Shown here one piece after another: positions 25,101-37,100 of a stretch of 64,000 bases of DNA. The stretch is from Lytechinus pictus (Eukaryota), in assembly GCF_037042905.1 (NCBI RefSeq), contig NC_087245.1, positions 4,590,001-4,654,000 on the forward strand, in the 5' to 3' direction. The translations under genes and the position numbers were made by a program. Under the pieces are notes generated by a model. It was not told the origin of the DNA and searched no databases. It saw only the letters and a program-made list of their open reading frames with translations. How positions within the stretch are numbered: position 1 is the first letter of the stretch; every line of letters begins with the position of its first letter.

Positions 25101-28100
25101 TTAGATTTCCTGTATACATAGTTATACATCATCAATATAAAAACAAGATAATACTACTTTGGACAGAATGGACTTTTGGAAACAAAATTGTAAATTTCTG
25201 TTATTTTTCCTCTTTTATTGATTTTATCAGTTTGAAAATTCAGAGTTGCAAAAATTGAACTGCAAAGTTGAAAATTTTGTTTTGTTTAGATTTTTTTCCT
25301 GTATTAGGGGGAAATGGCTCCCTTGCAACAATTTCGAAAAAAAAAGTAATTTTCATTTAATACATTGTATCCATGATGCTTTTTCTTTGAAGGTGACATC
25401 GCTTTCTGCAGACTCAAACTGGTTTCATATCAAACAGTTGGCTGCAGTTATTTCATGCTGTAGTTTCAGGCAACTTCGCTATGATACTGATACATGTAGT
25501 TAGCCCTATTATAAATTTACAGTCACATATATATTCCAGTATTACCTTGTAAGTTGTATGAGTGGATAAACTCCTGCATATATTTTATATAATAACTTCA
25601 ATTTTGCATGAAAAAGCTGGGAAGGTATTTTGGAATAATGTACTTTATCACTGCATAGACATGTAGTCCTAATTCATTTTCAAGAAGTTCACATATATTT
25701 AGAGCTGTCAGTATTGTAGAAGAGCTGAGAGTGAGGTAAAAGAAGGAGCAAAGTGCGAGAGAGCAAATCAAGGGAGAGGGAAAGGGTTTGAGGGGTGTGA
25801 AGCTTTAAATTCAAGGTGAAATTGGAAGAAATCTCTCAGGTGGCTTTTTACAAAAAGTGACAATCTAGACTCCATTTTTATGTATTTTTCAAATTATCAC
25901 ATCACCAATAGGACAGTTTGTAAAGTCTTTGGATAATTGTCAACAAAATGAAAATTACATTATGTATACCAATTAATTGTTTATGAGCACTTGTATTTTT
26001 CTGCATTGAATGAAATGGGTTCCTGATAGCATGTTACAGTTTTTAATTATCCAGGGGGCCGTTTCATAAAGCTGTTCGTAAGTTAAGAGCGACTCTAAGA
26101 ACGACTGGTGATCCTTTATTGTGGTAAATGGTATATTCATTGGCGATGGTTACGCGCGTAAGAAAGGATCACCAGTCGTTCTTAAAGTCGCTCTTAACTT
26201 ACGAACAGCTTTATGAAACACCCACCTGTTCTGTAATTTTTCAAATGCATTTTTTAAAACATTTGCTCTTTTTTTTTTGCTTTTGCTTCTGCTCAAGTTG
26301 ATTTTCATGAATTTTATCCCTTTTAGTGGAATATATATACAGTATGCTTGAAATATTAAACATTTGCTTTTCATATCATTGGCATTTATTTTTTAAATAT
26401 TCCTTTTATAGTAGTTTTATCCCGTAAATACATCAATATTTCTGCACTTTAAGTGGTGTGCAGGGATAATATTGGGCGAGGAGGGAGGGGGTGGAAAAAG
26501 AAAGCAAGAGGGGGGGCAGAGATATTAATGGAGAGGTGATTTTTACCTGGTTACACCCTATTCATTCCCCTGATATTGATATTCCTGTTGTGCTTTAAAA
26601 CAGTTTTGATCTTTCAAACTTACGTATAATCTGCATAGATAAAAATTAAACTTAACAATTTCAGGAACCCAGTAATGATTAAAAGGTAACTTATTATTTG
26701 AAAATTAACGGAGATGATATGCTAATTGATTTGGATAATGAATGTCACCCTTCAAGCTAAATCATTTCCAGCAACATTGAAATGTGTAAGGAGCCATAAA
26801 GGGCATAAATGTCCTGAATGATATGGTGAGCAGGAATGTACAAGGGAAATAGAAATAATTGCTCTGAAAATGTCAAGAATAATAGGATTGCGGAGAGGCC
26901 ATGCAAATTACTGGTAGGTCTTATACAAAATGAAATTTGGAATGAATAGAATGAGAAAAACAGCCCCTGTAAATTTACCCGCCCCTGCAGCTATTATCTT
27001 TTTACTCTCATTTCAGTAAGTTCTATCACTGGATGTCACCCATGAAAATTTGTATGTATACATAGATAAAAATCTGTGTTTCATTTTGTTTTTTGCTGCT
27101 CCCCCTTTAATACAGTTTTCCCAGTCTTGAAGAGCTTGTGTTTCACATGTTAAGCCAAGGGGATGGAACCATCTCAGTCAGTACATTCTTCGATGTAAGT
27201 CAACATTTTGCTTTGGTTTCTTGAACAATTTTTCAATGATGTAAAGCATATAAACAGGTTTTTGTCTCACCTGCATAGCAGAGTGAGACTATAGGCGCCG
27301 CTTTTCCGACGGCGGCGGCGACGGCGGCGGCGGCGGCGGCGGCGACGGCGGCGGCGGCGTCAACACCAAATCTTAACCTGAGGTTAAGTTTTTGAAATGA
27401 CAGCATAACTTAGAAAGTATATGGACCTAGTTCATGAAACTTGGCCATAAGGTTAATCAAGTATTACTCAACATCCTGCCTGAGTTTCATGTCACATGAC
27501 CAAGGTCAAAGGTCATTTAGGGTCAATGAACTTAGACCATGTTGGGGGAATCAACATCAAAATCTTAACCTAAGGTTAAGTTTTTGAAATGTCATCATAA
27601 CTTAGAAAATATATGGACCTAGTTCATGAAACTTATACATAAGGTTAATCAAGTATCACTGAACATCCTGCATGAGTTTCACGTCACATGACCAAGGTCA
27701 AAGGTCATTTAGGGTCAATGAACTTTGGCCGAATTGGGGGTATCTGTTGAATTACAGCCATAAATTTGAAAGTGTGTTGGTCTAGTTCATAAAACTTGGA
27801 CATAATAGTAATCAAGTATCACTGAACATCCTGTGCGAGTTTCAGGTCACATGATCAAGGTCAAAGGTCATTTAGGGTCAATGAACTTTGGCCAAATTGG
27901 GGTATTTGTTGAATTACAGCCATAAATTTGAAAGTGTGTTGGTCTAGTTCATAAAACTTGGACATAATAGTAATCAAGTATCACTGAACATCCTGTGCGA
28001 GTTTCAGGTCACATGATCAAGGTCAAAGGTCATGTAAGGTCAAAGAACTTTGGCCACGTTGGGGGTATTTGTTGAATTACAGCCATAAATTTGAAAGTGT

Positions 28101-31100
28101 GTTGGTCTAGTTCATAAAACTTGGACATAATAGTAATCAAGTATCACTGAACATCCTGTGCGAGTTTCAAGTCACATGACCAAGGTCAAAGGTCATTTAG
28201 GGTCAATGAACTTAGACCATGTTGGGGGAATCAACATCAAAATCTTAACCTAAGGTTAAGTTTTTGAAATGTCATCATAACTTTGAATGTTTATGGATCT
28301 GATTCATGAAACTTGGACATAATAGTAATCAAGTATTACTGAACATCCTGTGCAAGTTTCAGGTCACATGATCAAGGTCAAAGGTCATTTAGGGTCAATG
28401 AACTTTGGCCAAATTGGGGTATTTGTTGAATTACAGCCATAAATTTGAAAGTGTGTTGGTCTAGTTCATAAAACTTGGACATAATAGTAATCAAGTATCA
28501 CTGAACATCCTGTGCGAGTTTCAGGTCACATGATCAAGGTCAAAGGTCATGTAAGGTCAAAGAACTCTGGCCACGTTGGGGGTATTTGTTGAATTGCCAT
28601 CATATCTCTATAAGTGTATTGGTCTAGTTCATAAAACGTGGAAATAAGAGTAACCAAGTATCACTGAACATCTTGTGCGAGTTATAGTAGTTTTCAAAAT
28701 CAGCACTGCTGCTATATTGAATCGCGTGATGCAGGTGAGACGGCCAGAGGCATTCCACTTGTTATTCCTTTAGTGGTGATTTGATTTTCTTACTACTGTG
28801 TTTAACTAGTGTTGTTATGATGTTGTTTTCTGTATTGGTCGAGTACTGGTATCATTAAAAAAAGAATATCAATTGCATTTCTGTCTTTGCCAGGCTCTTC
28901 AAAGTAAAGGCTTGACTTTGAATGACCCAAGACTAAAGGAATCGATGGATAAATTCCGTACAAAACATCTTCCTCAGTTTCCAGAGAGAATAGGAGATAA
29001 ACACCTTACTGCTGATGAATTCAAGGAGTAAGTCTTCCTTCAATAATATATCTATAAATAGGGGAATGAAGATGATGGTGGTGGTTGTGGTAATGATCAC
29101 CATGATGGTGACAGTATTGATGGCTATGTTGTTGGCAATGGAGATGGGTTGAAATTGATGCTGATAAGAGATCATGGTGTGATGATGATGTTGATGATGA
29201 TGGTGATGATTAGGCCCAAGTCATGATACATTTCTATAGCCTTTCTTCAAATTTATTTTAGTTACTCATGCATGAAGTTTGTATTATTGAATTGCACCAG
29301 ATGAAAAAGATTCTCCATTTAAAGCTTTACAATATTCATTTGTTGATTATAAGATTTGCGATTGATGTGATGAACATAAATAGCTCTTGTTTTTTTTTTT
29401 TTTTTTTGGGGGGGGGTGTTGCATAGTATAGCTCATATGTTGTTCATGGTTCCATGGTTATGTAAGTATTGAGCATTTCTTGAACTGTATAGCTCTTGAG
29501 TCATCCAGCATCTTTTAATAGCTTATATACACTGTATTAAAAGAGACATCTATTTTCTATTCATATAGGTGCGTACAAGACAATATTGTCTTAATTGGCC
29601 GTGCCCTTCAGAACAAATTAATCATCCCAGACTTTCCAGAGTTTGCTGCTACTATTCAAGAAACATTTTTAGAAGCAAGGAATAATGAATCTGGAGAGGT
29701 GAGAACATTTGTTACCATCATCATCATTATTTTATTCATCATCATCATCACCCACCACCATCATCATCACCCACCACCATCATCACCATCTTCATCATCA
29801 TCTTATTCATGATGAATATCAACATTGTCATTTCCCTCGTAAATTCTGAATGGAAACTCTGATCAATATTTTCCTAGCATAGCATAGTATTTTGATGTGA
29901 AGAACTGATACTACACAATGTAATGACCAAGCAGGTAATTAGTTATAACTATATTGTGTAGGAACAGAGGTAATACATCAACATTTATATGCACAAGTAC
30001 ATGTATATCAATACATTTCAGCTATTTGACAGCCTCTCTCTACCTCTAGATTGCAGACTACATCCCTCAGTTAGCTCGTCAGGACCCCAACTCCTGGGGA
30101 GTGAGTATCTGTACCGTTGATGGTCAGCGCTGCTCCTTTGGAGACACTACAGACCCATTCTCCTTTCAATCAAGCAGTAAGGCACCTGCTTACGCTCTTG
30201 CCTCTACCCTCATGGGATCTGATTTCGTCCACAGACACATCGGATTCGAACCCAGCGGACAATCATTCAATGCCTTGTTCCTCAATAATAACAGTAAGTT
30301 TCATGTAAAAATAAATAGTATATGTGAAAAATCATTGAAAAAGATAATTTCTTGTAGATTTAAAAACATGTAAGTTGACATTTTTATAATAACGCAAAAG
30401 GCAACATGGCTACTTTATTTAGTTGTGAAATTAAGGAGAGACCACCTAGGGCTTGTTACAAAAAGGTTAGCGATTAATCATACGCTTGAGTTTCACAATG
30501 TATCACACATTGAAGACAATGCAATCAATTGTAAAAAAAAAAATGTGTTACAATGATTGCTAACCTTTGTATTACTGGCCCCATAAGGTTTCCCTATTGT
30601 TTGGCCTACCATTTAGCCACTGTTCACTGATTGCTACTCATTTAAAAATAAAATTAATGTCATGGATACACTTCAGTAATTATTTGTGATATGATAGATA
30701 TGTTTCAAAGCAAAACAATTGAGACATCTCTGTATAGAGTTATACATTATTATAGTGTAATGCATGAAGTATAAAATGTCTGTAGTGATTTCGTTGTAAA
30801 AAGTTTTTTTTCTGATTTTCAGATATGCCTCATAATCCCATGTTGAACTCTGGTGCCATAGTGACCGCTGCCCTCATCAAGGTTTGTAATGATCAAGTTT
30901 ATACCTATTTTTTAACAGCATAGCAGCATGTATGATTGAGAAATACCCTCCTGTGAGTTAGTGCTCTATTTATTAGAGTGGGAGAAGTTTGATAATGATA
31001 ATATTATGCAGGGCTTGCTAAAATGAAAGGTTACCCTGAGTAAATAAAATGTCATTTAATATTCAATGCAACAGATTGATATCATTTCAGTTTGCTCTCT

Positions 31101-34100
31101 GTGTACTTTTATTCATTTGAGTCAGATTACTTTTTAACATGCCACCCAAATTCTAAATCTATAGGTGCTTTGTAGTTTCTTTTGTGCCAATCAGTGGCTG
31201 CAGCATATTAAACCTAAGGGGTTAGGGGGTAAGGGTCCCCCCCCCCTGCTTCATGGATAAGTCCAAATCATGAAAAGATTTTGGCGCGATGTCTCATGAC
31301 GTTTTTCTTTGTAGTCTCGAGCAACTTTACGCCCGGGTTGTTTGGGTTAAGAGTAAGTTCTTTTATATTGTTCTTGTTTTAGATTTGTTTGAACTCTGTT
31401 TTTATTCTCTTTATGTTCTATAGCCTGAACTAACTGCAGCTGATAGATTTGATTTTATCATGTCAAAGTTTAGAGAAGCAGCTGGAGGAGAGATTGTTGG
31501 CTTCAGCAATGCCACGTAAGTTTGATAAATCATCCTTTATTTCATCCCAGTATTAAAGCCTTTCTTCTATGGAACTTCATCTCTTCATGATAGGTTGTAC
31601 AGCTCAGTTTGTATACGTTGCCCCTATTTTACCTCTGATATATTATTTCCCCCTCTCCATCTGCTACTACCCATTTTCTTTAGTTATCCATGTATGAAAT
31701 GCACTCTTGCCATTTTGTCACAGAGATGCAAACAATTTATTGTGGAAATAAATTGAAGTGTTAATCTGAGTATAATCCCCCCTGTAAATTTCATAAGGTA
31801 GCATAGCAAATGGCCCCCTTTATTTCTTCACCATGCATGTTTTCTACAAAATATTGAAGATTTGAAGTAACTTGTTTCCACTTTAAGGGATGGTCCAGAT
31901 TAAAATATTTATATCTAAATAAACAGAGTAAAATTCACATAGCAAAATGCTGAAAATTTCATCAAAATCGGACAGCAAATAACAAATTTATTGAATTTTA
32001 ATGTTTAGCAATATTTTGTGAAAACAATTATAGAGGATCTATGCACATCATGAATATTCATTAGGTGGGCTGATGTCATATCCCCACTTTCCTTTTTCTT
32101 ATGTTATTAGATGAAATCATTGTTTCATTTTTTCATACATGTGTAAAATGATGTGTTTCCATTATGATGAAATAAGTTGCGGCAATAAATAACTAATGCA
32201 CTTAAAAGGGAATGAAACCTTTGAAATAAGTAGGCTTTCGTTGAAACAGAAAAATCAAAGAACCGGGGGGGCGTTTCATGAAAGGACTTGTCGGACGTTT
32301 TATCCGACAAGTCCCATTTTATCCGACAGTTACCATAGGAACAGTGCCTCTCAGCCAATCAAAATCATGGAAAGATGTCAGATCTGACAACTTGTCGGAT
32401 GAAAATATTGATGAAACACTCCCCAGATCAACAAAAGTTTGAGAATAATTGGACAAACGATGAGAAAGTTATGAGCATTTGAATATTGCAATCACTAATG
32501 CTACGGAGATCCTCCCATTGGCAATGCGACAAGGATGTGTGATGTCACATGTGAACAACTTTCCCTTTGATGGACTATAAAATATCCTCAAAATGTCTCT
32601 TTCTGCTTTTTCTTGTCGTGATACCAACTCTTTATCCATGATGTATTCTTTAAAAATCTGTATTACATGCCCTCCTATAGAAAGAACACGTGATCTACTG
32701 ATAGATGTGATATAAAAGGCAATATAATAAAGTAATGGGGGGAGTTGTTCACAGGTGACATCACACACCTTTGTCGCATTGCCAATATGAGGATCTCCAT
32801 AACATTAGTGATCGCAATATTCAAATGCTCATAACCTTCTCATTATTTGTCCAATTTTTCTCAAACATTTGTTGATCTGTTTCTTTGATTTTTCAGTTTT
32901 CACACAAGCTATCTTATTCTAAAGGTTTCATCCTCCTTTAATCAGTTGTCCATCCAATTGTTTAGTTCTTGGTAGAAAAATTTTGAATAAATTATTTATT
33001 CAAAAAAATAATTTTGAATAAATTTCATATAAAATACAAACGAACAAGTGGGGATCAGTCAGTCGGCAAGCCCTCAAAAAGTGGCTTCTTTTATCCAAGT
33101 GATATTCATGACTAGAGTGTTTTTGCATTGTTAATGAGCTTGGTGCGGACCAAAACACCTATTTTATTAGGCCATTGCTGCTCTAAATATTAACAAAATT
33201 TCATGTTTTTGGTATCTTTATAAAGAAAAAAAATCATTCTTTCAGGTCATGTGTTTGGATTTTTAAAAAGATGTTGTAATATAAGGGAAACTTTTGATCT
33301 AAAACATGAAACAAAATAATTATTTTCATGCAACAAAAGTTGTTGTTTTTACCCTTAATTTCTGTTTGAGCACCAATGATTTTTAGATTATGATAAAGCT
33401 GAAGATCTAAGCTTTAATATGCTATAATATTTATAAGAAAAGGTATTTTAGATGGGCCAGCAGCCAGCTTTTCATAGGCCAAGTACATTTAGCAGCTCAA
33501 AAACAAGAATACTGCGCTCTGATTGGTCATAGAGACCACACACCAACGCAAATTCCAATGTTCCCCACACTGGGCTTCTGAAGGTCACACTCACCATGTG
33601 GTAATCCCTTCAAATTACCCGCGTCTGTTTTGAAAACATATTCAGCCAATCAGAACTCTAGATTTTATGCGTCTTGCATCTTGATGGCAAAAGCTGGCTG
33701 CTGACCCATCTAAAAGGTGTCACATATCAAGAGTGACATTGTATGAAAGTAGAGAGTTTGAGCTTTCTGATGATATGAATGATGTTTGTGCCCAAAACAC
33801 AAAATTTTGCACAATTTGCAAGAGAAAACAGAGGAAGAAAACTCTCTTTGAGGCCTCTTTTCTGGCCTGAAATTCACCTATTTATCAAAATATTTTATTC
33901 AAAAGAAATAACCAAAATAAAGTAACGTTTTCTCTTTCCAATGGTACAAAAATAATCAATTTTACTCAAGAAGAAAATGGTTAAATACTTTGAGAAAAAA
34001 GTCTCACAATTCACGAGATTTTGTAGGGATATGAATTCAGCCGCGAGAGGACTTGGATAAATCTTGCTCATTTGCTCATTAACATTGGGCTTGCAGACTG

Positions 34101-37100
34101 ACTGGGATATGACATCAGCCCACCTAATGAACTGTTTCACCGGAATAATGCAAATCATTATAATTCAAACTTTGTTATTTGTTATCCGGTTTTGATCAAA
34201 TTTTCAGCATCTTGCTCTGTGAATTTTACTCTATTTATTTAAATATCTTCAGTCTGGACGATCCCTTTAATGTATCCTTATTTTGCCCTTCACTGTTTTT
34301 AACAAGAAATATTACTGTCATTGAATTGTATATATTTAATTCATATTCAGGTTTCTTTCAGAGAAGAAGACAGGATTCAGGAACTTTGCTTTGGCCTATC
34401 TTCTCCAGGATTACAACTGTTTCCCTGCTGGGGCTGATCCAGTAGATACACTTGACCTCTACTTCCAGGTCAGTTACCATAGATGACACTTGGCATAATT
34501 TCAAAATTTGTTAGATTTTCTGAGGCTCCATTTCTTTGAGCAAGTGCTATACCAATGATATCATCAATTATTGTTCACTAGAACGCCACATAGGATTATT
34601 TTTTTATTAAGGTTTCCTTATTTGTTTTCACTATAGGTTAAGTGCAAAATATATCTAAACTTATTTTAAATTTGCCTAAAAAGACTATAAAACAATGTCA
34701 TTTTAGCACTTGCAGGGGGGGGGGTACTTCACAAGTATTTTTCTGAATTCATTTTTTTGATAGTGCTCAAGCTACATGGTTTATGAACTACCGATATTGA
34801 GTAATAGTATAAGGGAGACTGTGATGAATGGATATAAAACTCCAAAAAATAATTGACAGTCTATGTGCTATTTAACTGCTTCTTGAAGGCAAGACAAGAT
34901 TTAGGCCGTGTTTATGCTTCCACTTTTCAGGCCAGAATCAGCGTTTCCAAACGTAATTAGTCCAAAACACGGTTGCGTCCATGCTTACTTTCATTTAAAC
35001 GCTGTTTCAAAACGCCGATCGTAAACTCACAAAAAGGTGCGTTTGTAAACGTCGTTTGACCAGAATCAGGCTTTCTGGGGAAGTATAAACAGAACCACGA
35101 TCGTAAACGTGTTTAAATGACGTCATTCGATACATGCTTCCGGTGAGATGAAAATCCGCGGGCTAATACAGTCGCATTGCTCCATGGTCGCATGTTACCT
35201 CCACGGAATTACCTCTCATCTCCCTTGTTACATTTGCATGTGTGATAATTGATTTAAGTAGTATCACTAGTATTACTCTTCCAATTTGTCATCATGATGA
35301 ATGTTGAAGGATTTACAAAAAAAAAACCCTGGAACATGAGTTATAATGAGGAGACATCGCCAGATGCCCCAGTAGCATAAACAAATAGATGTTTTATTAT
35401 TTTGTGTACTTAATATTCTTTATTTTTTCTTACTATTATCCTCACCATGGTGGAAATTATATGGCTATATCAAGAAGCTCCATGCAATGACTAAAATATT
35501 GGAAATTGTTCGATGTTTATATAACAGTCGACATACCTTCCCCATAACAACACTCGGAAAAAAATACTTTCGAAAAAAGGCGCGCCCAATTTGACCTCGC
35601 TTTCCTGCTCAAAGAATGCGAAGCCAGCTGGGGATCATGATTTCGCCTCTGAAAAGTTAAGCATAAACAGCACTCCCAGAACCGCGTTTACGATCGGCAT
35701 TTTGGATCGACGTTTGAAAACGCTGATTCTGTCCTCGCAATGGAAGCATAAACACACCCAAAGATATCTAATACACTAGTTCCATTTTATTGTCAGTACC
35801 CTTTTCTTCCTTTCGATGGTGTCCTTTCCAGTTTTTGTACAATCGATGAGCTCTCATTTTTTCCATCTGTATTAGATCTGTTCATTGGAAGTGAATTGTG
35901 AGTCAGCTTCCGTCATCGCAGCTACCCTTGCCAATGGTGGGATCTGTCCTCTGACTGGCAAGAAAGTGTTTGAATCCGTTGCTGTTAGAGACACACTCAG
36001 CCTCATGCTGTCTTGTGGAATGTATGATTTCTCAGGACAGTTTGCTTTCCAGGCAAGTATGTCACCCTAAAAGTAATAAAGACATATAGATTGATTTATC
36101 GTTCAGAGATTGTAAAAGATTAGTAAACCCCTTTAAAATTTAATGTAAAACACATGTTGCTGGTCAGTTCCATAGAGTATATACGTCTGACCACCAAATG
36201 ATTTGACTCTTTTTTTTTTTCTAGTTCAAATGCCATAAAATTGTTGAAATTTGTGAAGTAAAAGTAAGAGAAACAGAGGTTGGATACCCAAAAAAGGTTG
36301 ATTATTCTATGGAACTTCCCTGCTTTGATAATCTTAATAATTTATTTTGTTGATGTTTTGTGCTCTTTAAACCAAAGCTCCATCGAAATGCATTGTTATT
36401 GAATATGATGTATGTCTTTAAATTGACAAATTGAAGTTGACCTATTTCGTATGTGCATTGCTGCCCTTACATTGCAAATTTAAAACAATTTCCAATTTTC
36501 TATTGATAACCATTATGCATCCTGTGGCCTGTCTGAATAACAAAAAGCTGGTTTTCCCCAAAAAAAGCAACCGCAGGAAAAAAAAATTATCAAGTTTATG
36601 ATGATGCAAGTTACATGAAAGATTTTAGATTATAGGTTCTCTTTTCAACAGGAAAACTTATGATGATACAATCCATATTTTGACTTATGTGATAAATCCA
36701 AGATTTTCTCTGGTTGTAAAACCACTAATCTTAACTAAAGCTTAACCTCAGTCGCAATTGAATACTTGTAATTATTAAAATCTTGCCATTTGATCTCTGA
36801 AAGTAAACTTTTACTTTTGATAGCAAGTGTTATGGAACAGGCCCCCTTCACTATTTCACATGTACATTGCTAAGTGATAAGGTAGTGATTGACACCAGAG
36901 GTAAAAACCATTCCTTTCATGTTATATCCGTGCAATGCAGGTTGGGATGCCAGCTAAATCGGGTGTATCTGGTGGAGTGATGCTGGTAGTACCTAATATC
37001 ATGGGTATAATGATGTGGTCTCCTCTTCTTGATAGCTATGGTAACAGCACCAGAGGTATTCAGTTCTGTCAGGTAAGGGTAACATCATGATGGTCAAGTC

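Larger units (their letters stand above)
31887..34266. mobile_element. Kolobok-like MITE hosting three nested insertions
   Basis: TTAA flanks; TIRs GGGATGGTCCAGA / TCTGGACGATCCC; internal inverted repeats. Confidence 0.78.
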
